Below, piece after piece: positions 14,654-28,966 of a stretch of 64,000 bases of DNA. Under the pieces are notes generated by a model. It was not told the DNA's origin. It saw only the letters and a list, made by a program, of their open reading frames with translations, and ran no database searches. Each line of letters opens with the position of its first letter. Within the stretch, counting starts at the first letter, position 1. The DNA is from Octopus vulgaris. Its lineage: Eukaryota. A program made the translations under genes and the position numbers. The stretch is taken from contig OX597821.1 of the NCBI GenBank assembly GCA_951406725.2, forward strand, positions 68,758,001 through 68,822,000. Direction: 5' to 3'.

Positions 14654-15031
14654 CTAGCAGTATCGCCCGGCGTTGCTCAGGTTTGTAAGGGAAATAACTA
14701 TAAAGCATTTTTAGAGAGTTATAGACAAAAAATGGAAAAAAATGATGGTAAATTTTTTTTGAGAGTAAAAAAAGGTGGAGTTGCGTCCCCTAGACAATTT
14801 GCGGTTTGTGTTTCTGATTCTCGACCCCATGTCGAATTTATCGATTTTTTTCAGAACTGGGGGAACTTTTCAAAATTTTCGCTGCGTTAGTTTTGAATTA
14901 TGACATTGGGCTATGTGTGTGTCAAGTTTCATCAGAATCGGTTGAAAGCCGTGGTCAGGGTGAGGGTACAAGCAAACAGACACAGAGAAACACGCACAGA
15001 CAAACTGCCGTTTATATAGAGAGAGAAGAGA
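14654..15031 (-). mobile_element. Non-autonomous Helitron
   Basis: Minus strand A|TC start; GC-rich hairpin CCTGAGCAACGCCGGG about 8 nt before CTAG|T; no TSD; near-identical to 52899-53280. Confidence 0.85.
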
Positions 15032-15895
15032 TTTATTTATGGTTTACTAAAATACTTCTTTCAATCTTTTTGACAGCTTGCACTTTTTAATTCAACTTTT
15101 TTCAAGGTAGCCTTTAAATTATATGGTTCAAGGTGCCATGCTGAGATTGCCAATCCTTGAAATTGATTAATCAGTTCCAATAAATATTTCCAAGAACCTT
15201 ATAACTGATAGAAGAATATCAGTTTCTTAAGATCACCTGCATATTTGCATTTCAACATTTACTTCAATAATACAAACATGGACCAAGGAGGTTTCTAGGA
15301 AATATTTTAACATATTAAAAATAGCAGGAATATGTACCTCAAATCCTTATCTATCTCAAAGGATACATTGAATGATGTAGTCCTTGGTATAAAAAAATTT
15401 TTTTTAAATACAAGAAAATCAAGGACCTAGAATGTCTTAGATCATAGGTGTGCTAGCTCAGGACTGACCTTTGAATAAATATAAAACGTATTTACAAAAC
15501 TGCCCTGTTAGACTTTTATAAAAGGTGGGTATTATGTTTTTTTTTCTTTTTTTAAAAAAAAAATATCAAATTTGCAACCATCCAAATTCAAAATAATTAG
15601 CCTAAACAATTTCAAGTTTCAAGAATAGGTACAGTAAAAACACTGGCTCATAGAATTAATGTATTTTAAAAAAATTTTATGCATTTGTTTAGGTTGGCTA
15701 AGTCTGTAAATCCAGACATTACGTTGAAATGTTAGAACTTGGGTTTTATGACTAATATACAATACTGATATCATTTAATCAAGAGTCATACATATGTTCA
15801 GCTATGGAAATTAAACAAGTCAAGTGCTTTGATAAAGTGCACATCATATCAGGAACAGAGAATTTGAACCAGTGACCTTGAATAGTTACAAAATA

Positions 15896-16993
15896 TTGAG
15901 TTATCCCATAAATAATGCAGTTTTTTCAATTGTATGAACTAAAAGTCAGAGGGAGACGAGAGAAACTACCTGCATCAACTTACTATAAAAGCAGGTAGCA
16001 ATTTTACCTTATTTTTATTCTTAGTTCAAGCTTGGAAGAGTGCAATTCAATTTTAACAGTTATTTTTTCAAAGTTATAATGCAAGTGACAAAGGAGCATA
16101 TTCAGCATATTTTGCTTTATAAGTTCAATAAAGGCAACAACGCAACAGAAAGTGCGAGGAATATTATTACAGTATATGGGGATCAGACAATAAGTGTAAG
16201 CCAGTGTCAACGGTGATTCCAGAAAATCTGAGCCGGAAACTACAGCCTAGAAGACAAACCTGCAGAACCTGATGGAACAAAATCCCATCATAACTGTTGA
16301 GGAACAAACATAGAAGCTTGGATTTGGTCATTCAACCATTCATCAACACCTGCATGCCATCAGAAAAGTCAGCAAATTGGGTCAATGGGTTTCTCACAAA
16401 CTTTCCAAGTCTAATCACACGCAGAGAGTGAATGTGTGCTCTTCTTTGCTGTCACATCTCACAAATGAACCTTTTTTGGACCAAAAAGTGACTGGTGACA
16501 AGAAATGGGTTCTTTATAAAAATGTCAAGCACCAAAGACAGTGGGTAGGGAAAGGAGAAACACCAGCACCCCAGGCTAAAGAAGGTCTTCACTCACATAA
16601 GGTGTTGTCTGTTTGGTGGGATATGGAAGATTTAGTCCACATACAGCAAGGATGACATTCCAAAGGCTGGAGCAGTTTGATTGGGAAACAATGTCCCACT
16701 CACTATATTTGCCAGACATTGCCCCATCTGATTATCGTTTATCCTGCAGTCTTCAAAATCATTTCAATGAAGAAAATATGAATTCTCTATAAGAGGTCAG
16801 AACAGTACTGAAGGAGTATTTTTCATCACAGACAAATGAACTTTGGAAGAGGGGCTTTGCAAGTCTACCAGATAGATGGAAGAGCATTGCAGAAAATGAA
16901 AGAGCATATTTTAGATTAAAAAATAACTTTATCCTAATTTTGAAAAATAAAAGGAGTTATAAAAAAAACTGCATTATTTGTGTAACGACTCAA
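15896..16993 (+). mobile_element. Decayed mariner with disrupted transposase
   Basis: About 31-bp imperfect TIRs (TTGAGT...AAATAATGCAGTTTTTT) flanked by TA. ATG at 16079 (MQVTKEHIQHILLYKFNKG). Motifs WVSHKL, VTGDKKW, VWWD and YLPDIAPSDY. Stops, frameshifts and an internal deletion near 16640 remove the second catalytic Asp region. Confidence 0.92.
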
Positions 16994-19900
16994 TATAAGC
17001 AAATATGCAAATGAGAGGTATGATTACAAAATCTCTAATTTTTGAAGTGTTGTAAAATATTCTAAAATGTATTTATATACATATATAACAGAAGCAATAC
17101 CTATTTAATACAAAGTTTTGACTAAAACCAGAATGCTTGCATTACCAATAACCACACTTCATGCAATCTCCTTTGGCTTTGGCATCACTTCTAAATGTGT
17201 ACTACACTGACTGTGTTCTGTGATTGACAGTCCTACAGCTGTACCTCAGTCATTAATACCTCTATAAAATTAATGAATAAAAGTGAGAACATCATTAACT
17301 GCTGCCATTAAATACAGAGTATTCATAAAAAAAATATGTAAGCTACACAAAATGTAATATATAGTAAGCTATACTTTCAAGTACATAACAGCCAGTATTC
17401 AGATAATTTTTATGTACTACATACACAGCACCAAGCAAAAGCAGCAGACCATCAGTATGAATAGTTATTTATAGCAGCCTTTACAAGTACGGTCAGAAAT
17501 TGTTAAACCCCTACCATGTTTTACGAGAAAAAGTTTGAGCTGCGATTCCTTAACAGTACTACTGGGTAGACTTGCCTACACAACGTAATGTATACTCTTG
17601 TACAGAATGGCAGTTATGTAATTCAGAAAACCAAGAAACTTACCACGCCATCTTAACTACGTAAATCAGATTACAGTGCTAAGTCTTGCAGCAAATGGAC
17701 AGTTAAGAAACACGTTGCCAAAATCTGTTTTATATTTAGCAGTACTATATAAATGGTAACAATGTGACCCACATACATTAGTCTTAGCTAACAACTAGTC
17801 AATGAAGTTATAGTAAAGAAAATGTGTGAAAGGATTCCTATGAAAAAAATATATAAAAAGATGAAGCATAATAACAGTCTACTGAATGGGTACAATGCTA
17901 ACAGTGTAGAGATACATAAGTGAGATAGAAAAATGCCATTGAGCAAAGTGAAGTTCCCCATAACCCCAAGAGAAAACGTGTATCTTAAGATGAAAATTAA
18001 GAGTTATCTCCAAGACATTGTTTGGTGTCACTTATAACTATTACCTAAGTTAAAGCTCAGGATGGTAAGTAGTACCAAACTCAATGCTATCGAACAACAA
18101 GCTTATCTACTAATATGACCTTGACCAAGTAAAAACAAAACAACTAGTAACGAAGATTATGTATGTGTATGTATATGTGTGTAATATATATACATACATA
18201 CACACACATATTCATTCATACAATGTGCATATATGTATACATCGTCATCGTTTAACATTCATGTTCCATGTTAGCATGGGATACACAATTTGACAGGACC
18301 CAACAGGTTCAAAGACTGCATTAATAGGTCCTCAGCATTTTACAGAGGTTTTCCTTGCTGACATGGATTGCACAGGTAAACACAGTCCAAGATACCTCTT
18401 ATTCAAAGTTATTGTCCTCTTCATGGATTAGGAAACATACGAACCCTTCTTACCACCAACCACTTAACAGAGTCTACTGGATTCACTAATATCACTGCCT
18501 TGTTTGTACCCGACACAATAAAAGGAGCCTTCACTGTTCTATATCGAATCTGTTCACACAGGTTAATGAGAGAGAGAGAGAGAGTATAGGTACATTTGTT
18601 TTTATATTCTTTTATTGGAAAGTGGTACACTGGTAATACTGGAGTACCTCTTTCAATTTTTATTTAAATCAACCTCAGTACTTATTTCAGTTTGATATCT
18701 TATAGATCTCTAGGTGTCAAACCACAAACCATGAAGAGACACGGGCACCCATGTATATAATTCACATTTTCTGACACCCAAATTCTCCTCACAAGGTATG
18801 ACCCGAGATTATAGATTGAGACACTTGCTTGGAGTGCAATATAATGGGGTTGAACACAGAACTATATGGTTGAAAAACCCCCATACCTGTGTTTATATAT
18901 ATATAAGAAAACATTAGTAAATTAAAGTGCTACTTGTTTTTTTTTTTATCAGAAATTAAATCCTTGAACTCTCTACTTTAAAACAATGTAACAGTTTATT
19001 TTCCCCCCATTACACTATTTACAGTGATTATCAAAAAAGCATTTCTCAGGTAAAATAAAATCAAAGCACAATATGGCAGATCTTTTAGATTCGTGTTAGT
19101 AATTTGAAAAGGGACAGTATTCTCAGAAAGGGGAATGGATTTGAGAAGGGAATGAAGGAAACTAAGAAATAAAAATAAAAGACAAATTTAGACAAAGTAC
19201 TGTCGATATAATTTAGACACATGGTAGTTCAATATAAATTCAAATCCTGCCTGCATTCTTCCAGGGTCACCCTCCTCCAAATGTAAGGGTCTGTTAGAAA
19301 TCAATATAAATTAGGCATCAAATCATTGACGTACAGACCACTAAAAAGGAAGACAGAATACTAAGTAATTTGCAATAGACATATTAGAAGGCTAGCCTAG
19401 GGCTAAACATTTATAACTTCAGTACATTTCACATTCACACACACACACAAGCATATAGCTACACTATTTTATATCAAGGGGAATTATTTGTTAACAGGAT
19501 ACAGTTTATTGGTTTTGTTACATTTCTATTTTAATATTCACCACCAGAGGACACATTACTTCTTGCTTAGCTTCAAGCACAGCAGTTAAATTACAACTTG
19601 AAAACTCATGAATATAAGTAGTGTTCATAATTATAAACATGGTTACAAATGAAAAAGAAAAACAAAAAAAAAAGGCTACTACCCCATCCTATATTGATCG
19701 GCCATTTCAACAAAACAAAACTGTGCTGTATTTTATAGTTTATTTCCAGAATGCTACAAGTTTTTGTATTAGTTAACCTCACCGTTTTGTTTTGTTTTTT
19801 TTTAACTACAGTACTTTCTCATTTAACTACAGTAAATTTCAATCAGTCTATTTATTTTCCAATAACTTGTCATGTCACACTTCAGAATCCCTGGGCAACA

Positions 19901-21043
19901 ACAAGAACACAAAACCCACAGGGCAAACGTAGGTGGCATGGCAGATAAAAGCATTGAAACACCAGTGTTCGATAGTTACATAAAATCTGTTTCTTTATTT
20001 TGTTCGATACTCTTATAATATGGTTGCTGTTATAATTATGTTCTTCCTGAATTGAGTAACAATCCACTAGCACACTGTCCATCCCTAATGAGTCAATTAA
20101 AACTAACAATACATAACAACACTTCACCATTAGCAAGGTTCATTTTCTCTCAACAACAAAAAGTCACAATTTACTTCATTCACTCATACAACATACCACA
20201 TTTCTGAGTGTGTGCATGCTTTTCCCTACCTACTTGCAGTCCTCATACCAATACAATAGCCAACATTAAATTATATAGCCTAAACCCCACTAAGCATTTC
20301 CCTTAAATTAACAGGCGTAAAGATCAAACAAAATCTTATCCCAGTTGCAATTGTGATTTGAACCTTTCTCTGCCCAGGTCTAGAGTTATACTTATTTGGT
20401 CATTGAGGTCATATCTAATATTTAATCAAATTTCAGGTTAATCTGCACCAACACAAAATTTCCCAAGTCTCTTTCTTTCTTTTTCTTCCTACAGTAAGCC
20501 TCTGACTCATGGCCTGCACTAATCTGAAGCTAAATAAAGTTCAAACACATTGACCTCCTACTAAAAATAATAAAACAAAAAAAATAAATAAAAAGGAAAA
20601 AAGACAGGGGGTCACATATGAATACTTAACTCAAACTACTGTCCCTGTTAGGTCTTTTATATGACTCAGTAATAACAATAATAATATTAGAGGTTTTTGA
20701 GTGAGAGATAGAGAGAAACACACTCAACCAAAATAATATGTTTTTAATGAAAACACAGACAGGCCTTCAGAAAGGAAAAGGGAAGATCTAACAACCATGC
20801 CTCTTTAAAGAGCATTAATAAGGCTCCATCTGAGGTTTTAGTCAATTGTATTGACTGCACAGCAGTACTGTCTTATACTTTCCTTTTAATTTTTTTTTTT
20901 TACCAACCCTCTAAGATGAAGAGGCAAAAAACACTAACCTGTGCATAAAGGATGTAATCAATAGGGAACTAGATATCGCAATATATTTTTATTTGAAACA
21001 TTGATGTTGCCATTCAAAAAAAAAATGTACATCCACTATACAG

Positions 21044-21829
21044 CAAAAAGTTCCAGGACAAGTTATGTTCAATAAAAAATAACTTATTTACCTAAGTTTT
21101 AACTTCATCTCCTTGCACAGCAATACACCAGTCCCAGCCTTCCTGCCACTTTTGGAATCTGGCCTGGAAGTCGTTTTCCATAAGCTAGTCAAGGATCTTC
21201 TGCAATTCACTCTGGATCTCAACAACAGTGTTAAAATGGCAACCTTTGAGCTGTCTTTTCATCTTGGGGAAGAGATGGAAGTCTACAGGTGCCAAATCTG
21301 ATGAATAGGGCAGGTGCAGAAGCAATATGTTTTTGGCAAGAAACTCACAAGAGAGGAGAGCTCAGTGACAGGATGCTTTGTTGTTGCGAAGAACTGGATT
21401 CTTCATGCTCCACAGATCTAGTCACTTTCGCTGAATGTCCTCCCTCAAATGCGTCAAAATATCACAATAGAACTCTCAGTTGACAGTTTAGCCCTGAGGA
21501 GGAATTCTCGATACACAATGCCACGGATGATGAAAAAAACAATGAGCATTCTCTTGAGATGCGACTGTCGTGCACCTGTGCCACATGAAACATTGGCAAG
21601 CTTATAGTAATGAGGCAATGGGTTGTATGCAAAGCATAGTCAATGCAAACTACAGCATATATATGATCACAAAAATATAAATTTCACAACTTGTGAAGTA
21701 AACACAGCAATGTTACTTAGCACACTGTCTCATGAAGGGCACTGCTAGCTCTCACTGTGCATGCAACCGTGTGCTGCCATCTGTTGGCGCACTATAAAAC
21801 TAGTCCAGGAACCTTTTGATACCACCTCG
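21044..21829 (-). mobile_element. Decayed mariner (irritans-like), internally deleted, copy 1
   Basis: Right TIR GGAACCTTTTGATACCACCTCG|TA; minus-strand HLPYSSDLAPVDFHLFPKMK; homologous to 25723-26590. Confidence 0.85.
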
Positions 21830-22689
21830 TACATATATGTATACACACATGTATACACACACCCAAATACATATATAGTTTTATGCCTATTTTTCTATGT
21901 TAGCACAATTTGGATGAATAGGTATTGAAGCATTACTTTACAGCCAGATGCTATCAGCGTTGCCTGCTTTTCAATTTGTGAAGTATCTTTTCTCTTTCTC
22001 ACCTACAGATGAGCAGAGCTACAAAAGAATCTATTTGCAGGGAAAATTAATCAACAGCTTTTTTTTTTTTTTTAATGAACACTTTCATGCAAGGACATGA
22101 AATGTAAATGTTCACACAAATACACACACAGACATCAGGTTTCCATAAAATGTCTGACTACAAATTCTATTCACAAGGCAGTGATGGATCTGAAGCTACT
22201 GCAGAAGAAACATACTCAAGACGCCATGCAGTGAGAGAGAACTCAAGACCGTATGGTCACAAAGCAAACTCTGTATCCATACAGCTATGTACATACATTT
22301 GTTATATGTGAAAATAGCACTGCCATCACTCACACGTGGGTATGACTTACTTGGTAATCAGAACTAAGCTCTTGATAATTGCTTACATGCTTGTGTAGTC
22401 ACAAGATGTAGACACACTTGACCTAACAGAATATCAAGAATGTAATAACTGGAGAAAGGGAGAGCTGCACCAATAGTCAGTTGGTACTCATTTTCAATTG
22501 GGTCGACTGAAGCATCATGAAATAAAGTACCTTGCTCAAGGTTACAAAGTGTTATCCAACCATGCTTGTATGGGCTAGACAAATACTTACTGAGGCATGT
22601 TACAACCAGATGCCCTGGTCAAACCATCCAACCCATGCCAGCATGGACAACGGATGTTAAATAAGTGTGTGTGTGTGTGTGTGTGTGTG

Positions 22690-22738
<49 letters not shown>

Positions 22739-22909
22739 TATACCTGTATGTGTGTGTGTGTGTGTGCACATATATATATATATGTATATAAAACTACAGT
22801 TTACCTTTTTAAATTACCTGCTGCTGTATACAAGGGACCATACTTACTGAGGTAATTACCAGGAGTACCTTTGGATACTTATCCCTTAGAGGGCTTAACC
22901 CTCTAACAT

Positions 22910-22956
<47 letters not shown>

Positions 22957-23725
22957 CAAGCCTTTCATAGTTTCTGTGTATTGATTTCACCCGAAAGACT
23001 TCAGTTGTCCTGGGGCAATGAAAGAAGGCACTTGGCCCTAGAAGCTATGTAATGGGGTCTACCCTGGGGTCACATATTTACCACACAGGCATTGCCTGTG
23101 CCTATTATTCATGCCTTTTCTTTTTCAGTAAAACAAAAAGGTGCAATTTCAAATACTTATGAAAATAAACAAAGACAAATGTCATTGTCCCTCGGAAAAT
23201 CAACCTATTCTAAAACATGTAACAAGTTGAACAAGTTTATTAGTCATACATAGGCAACTCTCCACTCTCACAGTTACAACTTCATAAAAAGGCAGTATGA
23301 ATACTTGTGGCTAAAAAAGCAGACCTGAGAAAATGGTGATGGGGTGATAGTACAAGCTGCCTTTTTAAACAGCAATAGGTTAGTGGGTCTGTTTCAGTTA
23401 GGAGCACAGTTTTTTTTTTTCTTTCATAGTTGCTATGACCTCAATGCACAACAGTGACAGATCAATCATGTAAATATGCTACACCCATTGATCAGCTGGT
23501 AATTGTCAATAATTTCACAATTGTTGTGTCTACAGGCTGTACACAAACACAATCATTTACAATTTTAATATCTTCTTAAACCAGGTCAACCCTACTCGTA
23601 TTCTATTCGAGCAAATGTTATGGCACAAAGATATCTTCATCAAATGAAACTTTCTAAATATGCCCATCCCAACTCCCTCATCCCATCCATTCTTTTTGCT
23701 AGTACTTGTTGCCTTAATATTTTAA

Positions 23726-23937
23726 CCCTTTAGTATTCAGATTCATGTCAAATGTAATATTTACTCACATTGATATGAATTAGTCATGCATTACCTTGTA
23801 ACTGAGAATTGAATGACGTGATTGTTTATTTTTAGCATAATATTGTAGAGTAAGTGTGAGAGGCCAGATCTGGCCAGTTAGAAAATAAAACAGGTAAATT
23901 ATTTTGGCCGGATATGGCCAGTTTAAATGCTATCAGG
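23726..23937. mobile_element. piggyBac-type MITE, copy 2
   Basis: TTAA|CCCTTTAG...AGG|TTAA; homologous to 788-1007. Confidence 0.75.
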
Positions 23938-24004
23938 TTAAGGAATTAAAATATGTGATGCCCTTTTAAAAGGCAGTTTGAGAGATTTGCCTACTACGAC
24001 CACT

Positions 24005-24445
24005 GTCATCATCATCATCATCATCGTTTAACGTCCGTTCTCTATGCTAGCATGGGTTGGACGGTTCGACCGGGGATCTGGGAAGCCAGAAGGCTGCACC
24101 AGGCTCCAGTCTTATCTGGCAATGTTTCTACAGCTGGATGCCCTTCCTACGCCAACCACTCCGTGAGTGTAGTGGGTGCTTTTTACGTGCCACCTGCACA
24201 GGTGCCAGGCAAGGCTGGCAACGGCCACGGTCGGATTGGTGTATTTTATGTGCCACCAGCACGGAAGCCAGTCGAGGCGGTGCTGGCATCGGCCACGAGT
24301 CGGATAGTGCTTTTTACGTACCACCAGACCAGGGATCCTGGCTGGTTGATTTCGATTTCGCTTGCCCCAACATGTCTTCGCAAGCAAAGGGGGTTGGCAT
24401 GGGTGCCTGTCGTACAGTCGGATTGGTGTATTTTACGTGCCACGT
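24005..24445 (-). mobile_element. SINE-like retroposon with RTE-type tail and internal tandem units
   Basis: (CAT)n tail, GGATGCCCTTCC motif, repeated TTTTACGTGCCA units; CpG-rich, so probably young. Confidence 0.7.
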
Positions 24446-25722
24446 ATTTTACTGTGTTCATTACAATTTAATTTTTATGATAAATTAGCAAATTCACAGA
24501 AAAATATATTTGAAATATAAATTATAGAAACATGGATTTTAATTAGTAGCAGTACACTGTGGTAGTTGCCAACATAGTAACTAAAGGGATACAGATACAT
24601 GTTTGGTAGAAATTCACAGAGCCCAGAAAGGAATCAATAAAACACAAACAACCTCTGTGTGTTGCCAAGTTAGAGATTTAATTTAGCAAAGAAAGAAAAT
24701 CTAATAAATCAATTATACACACCCATGTATATATATGTATTGCACATAGGTGTATGCATGGGCAAGTGGTTAAGAAGTTAACTTTGCAACCACATGATTT
24801 CAGGTTCAATCCTACTTTACAACACCTTAGCAAAGTGTCTTCCAGTGGCTTGTGAATGAATTTGCCAGAAGAAAACTGCATAGAAACCTGTTGTGTGTGT
24901 GTACATTCCCCATCATTGCTTGACAAACAGTGCTGGTTTGTTTATGTCTGTAACTTAGTGATTCAGTAAAAGAGACCAATAGAGTAAGTATCAGACTTTA
25001 AAAATTTTGTCGATTTGTTCAACAAAATGGTCAAGGCAGTATCCCAGTATGGTTGCAATGCAATGACTGAAACAAGTAAAAGATAAAAGAGAAAAGCTGG
25101 TGGTAAAAATGACATCATAAAAGATAGTTTCAAACGAATACACAATCTTCTGTCAGCCTTCATTTAAGGGACATACAACACATCTTAAAGAATATTATGT
25201 ACTTTATTTTTACCTTTGAAAAGTTAGTAGCTATCTATACCTGTATTTCTTTAATCAGAAAGATGAATGAACAGTACAGGGTTGCTTATTGTTCAAAATG
25301 AATTGCTACGATGGGTATACATTTAATATACATTAAATATATAGAGAAATTCAAAATTCTTAACATTTAATATAAAACCAGCTAACAAGCAAGGTCAGTT
25401 GAGTTTCTTAAATGCATCCCACTGCATTCATTAATCTCCTTTCACCAGTTTATAGCTACAGTTCAGTAATTACCATATAGCTGGTCACAAGCCCTGTAGC
25501 TTGTACTTTCAGCCCCAAAACCTCCAAGAAATTGAACTTGCTATATGTGGACAACTGAACAGGATTACTGCTATATTGTACCATATTTTGAACAATGAAT
25601 ATCTGCTCATCTTCTGGTAATGATACTTTTCTAAAATATATAGAAGATATATCAAAAGGTATTCACCACAAAATAGCAAAGAGATTATTAAAAATATACA
25701 CAAGCATAATTGTAACAAAATC

Positions 25723-26590
25723 CAAGGTGGTATCAAAAGGTTCCAGGCCTAGTTATGTTTAATAAAAAATAACTTAGTTACCTAAGTTTTAACATCGCCT
25801 TCAAAATAGTCACCTTGCACAGCAATACAAGTCCCAGCATTCCTGCACTTTTGGAATCTGGCCTGGAAGGCGTTTTCCATAAGCAAATCAAAGACCTTCC
25901 ATAATTCATTCTGGATCTCTACAACGATGTTAAAATGGCAACCTTTGAGCAGCTTGTTCATCTTGGGGAAGAGATGGAAATCTGCAGGTGGTAAATCTGG
26001 TGAATAAGGTAGGTGTGGAAGCGATAACGTGTTTTTGGCGAGAAACTTCCAAGTGAGGGGAGCTCAGTGACAGGGTGCATTGTCACCCTGAAGAATCCAG
26101 TTCGCATTCCACAGATCCGGTTGCTTTTACCGAATGTCCTCCCTCAAATACTTCAAAACATCACAGTAGAACTCCCAATTGATGGTCTGGCCCTGGGGGA
26201 CAAATTCTCAATGCACAATACCACATACCACATTTTCAGGGGTGACACTCATTGCAGGTCTTCCAAGGATGTTCTTCCACTTTTCAAGTGCCCATGCCAC
26301 TCGAAACATTGAATACAACCAATTGTCTTATTGCCATAAGCTTGCCACAGCATGCTCAATACCTCTGTAGCAGACTTCCCAAGTTTAACACAAGATTTCA
26401 CATTGGCTCTTTGTTCCTGTCCATGACAATATCGCAGACTAGAGGATGCACGTGAGCACAAAAACAAATTTAACAACTTGCAAAGTAAACACAATGATGT
26501 CACTGCTAGCTCTCACTGCACACACAACCTTGTGCTGCCATCTGTTGGCACACTACAGAAGTAGGTCGGGAACCTTATGATGCTACCTCA
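25723..26590 (-). mobile_element. Decayed mariner (irritans-like), copy 2
   Basis: TIRs AGGTGGTATCAAAAGGTTCC / GGAACCTTATGATGCTACCT. Minus-strand N-terminal EQRANVKSCVKLGKSATE...FEWH...GRTSLED and C-terminal HLPYSPDLPPADFHLFPKM. Confidence 0.88.
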
Positions 26591-27709
26591 TAGAAAATGA
26601 AAATTTTATATCATTTAAGTGCTAAAAGGACTTCTGAATTACTACATATATTTGTATGTGTATACATGCACACACACATCCATTTAGTCATGCTAGTATG
26701 AACTAGACAAATACTTATTGATGCATTATGTTACAACCTTCCTGGTGATGACGAGTGGGTGCGTTTTGCAAGATTCATGTCAAATCATGAACTGAAACAT
26801 TATTGAACTGACACCTGTCTCTGTTTCACTATAACCTTTCATCATCTGACAAGATCACCTCCTCCAATGCTCCCATCCCAACTGTCAGTGCAAATGCCAC
26901 TTAAAAGCACCCAGTCCACACTGTAAAGTGGTTGGTGTTCAGAAGAGTACCCAGCTGTAAAAAGCACTAAGTCTACTCTGCTGAGTGATTGGTGTTAGGA
27001 AAGGCATCCAGCTGTAAAAATCCTACCAAAACAGTCACAGGAATCTGGTGCAGGCTTCTGCCTGGCCAGCTCTCATAAAACTGTCTCACCCATGCTAGTA
27101 TGGAAGAAGCACATTAAACGATGATGATGGTAGTTATAGTTCACTTTCTTAATAATTATGAGCTGTATACAACTATAGCCTTCTCAATGACTACCTACAA
27201 CTAGTTCCCTTCTCTCTTTATGCTTAGTATTGATACATATTTTTTGTGTGTGCATTTGTATATAGGGTGTAGTTTATAGCAGGAATTAGGTATCCGTGTC
27301 TGCAAGTGTAAAAACAAAATAAAAAACATTCATTTATCACCATATATAGACACAGCACCAACACTCCATTTACAGAACTACATATACAAATATTCAAATA
27401 TTTAAATATGTCCACTCTGCTGGGTGGTTGATCTTAGGAAGGGCATCCAGCCGTGAAAATCATGCCAAAACAGACACAGAAATCTGGTGCAGGCTCCTGC
27501 CTGGCCAGCTCCAGTCCAACCATCCAACCTATGCCAGCATGGAAGGCAGACATTTGATGATGATGATATAAATACCAGACATACACAAAAAAGGAAGAAA
27601 GCCATTTGTGAGTTAAACCATTAACTAATTAATAAAGTAAACTACAAGTATTTGTTTCTTATAGACAAAATGATCTTTCATATATATATTATATATAGAC
27701 CAGTGAGAA

Positions 27710-28266
27710 CAGTCAAAATCAAAATCAAACCAAATCAATTCATATATCAGAAAGCAGAACCAAATTGAGGTCGATCAACATCAGTGGGAATTGCAGCTGT
27801 GGTTAAGCGAACCATCCGATCGTGGTCATTGCTGGCGCCGCCCCGTCTAGCCTCCGTGTCGGTGGCACATAAAAGCACCATCCGTTCGTGTTCGTTGCCA
27901 GCCTCGCCTGGCCCCCGTGCCGGTGACACGTAAAAGCACCATCCGTTTCATGGCCGTTTGCCAGCTCTGTCTGGCCCCCGTGTTGGTGGCACGTAAAAGC
28001 ACCATCCGTTCGTGTCCGTTGCCAGCCTCGCCTGGCCCCCGTGCCCGTGACACGTAAAAGCACCATCCGTTCGTGGCCGTTTGCCAGCTCTGTCTGGCAC
28101 GTAAAAAGCACCCACTACACTCACGGAGTGGTTGGTGTTAGGAAGGGCATCCAGCCGTAGAAACACTGCCAGATCTGACTGGGCCTGATGAAGCCTTCCA
28201 GCTTCACAGACCCCAGTTGAACCGTCCAACCCATGCTAGCATGGAAAACGGACGCTAAATGATGAT
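27710..28266 (+). mobile_element. SINE-like retroposon with five ~61-bp internal tandem units and RTE-type tail
   Basis: Units ACCATCCGTTCGTG...CACGTAAAAGC at 27811-28110, then GGAAGGGCATCC...(GAT)n. Confidence 0.75.
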
Positions 28267-28645
28267 ATATATATATATAACACACAATTTTGTGTGTGTG
28301 CATCTGGTGATGAGAACTCAGTTGATCGATTAAATGAGTAACCTTCCCCTGAATTATTAACATCTAAGTGGCTGAGCAAGCCAGCTGGCCATTTGTAGCC
28401 TCAATGTAATACTGAGGCAGAATCAGCTTCACAGTATGTAACAGGGTTGCACTTTTTCTTTTAATTAGATGATATACAATCCATCAAATAAGCTTCTATA
28501 TAGTTTTTATCAATTCAGTTTAACTCACAAACTAAAAGTTAAGCTGAGGATAAGAAAAGGATAATCCAAAAATGATAGTAAACTTGTGTGTAGGACCCTG
28601 TAGTTGTAAAGTGAATGCAACCATTTGGCCATACAGTACCTACAA

Positions 28646-28678
<33 letters not shown>

Positions 28679-28770
28679 TTATCATCTTTTCATGTCTGTC
28701 TTCCATGCTGGCAAGCCAGAGGACTGCACCAAGCTTCATTGTCTACCTTGGCATGATATATATATATATA

Positions 28771-28966
28771 ATTTAATAACCAATGTTTTTATGTGCTACT
28801 ATTAGTTTTGTGTTCAGAACATGCCAAACAATGTTTTATAACACATCTGGTGTCCCAGCACAATCATCAGACCATGCCTGAGACACCAGATGTGTTATAA
28901 ACCATTGTTTAGCATGTTCTCAGCACATGAAACTAATAGTAGCACATAAAAACCTGTTTATTGAAT
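28771..28966. repeat. Long imperfect palindrome (foldback, MITE-like)
   Basis: Arms of about 90 bp: TTTTATGTGCTACTATTAGTTT...ATAACACATCTGGTGTC versus GACACCAGATGTGTTAT...AAACTAATAGTAGCACATAAAA. Confidence 0.85.

Noticed and set aside
17000-20900. Repeat-poor stretch as a possible nested gene or UTR
   Set aside because: No recognisable coding or RNA signal; it cannot be supported from sequence alone.
27811-28110. Repeat-spacer appearance and overlapping ORFs
   Set aside because: The apparent spacers are homologous to each other; this is an internal tandem repeat of a retroposon.
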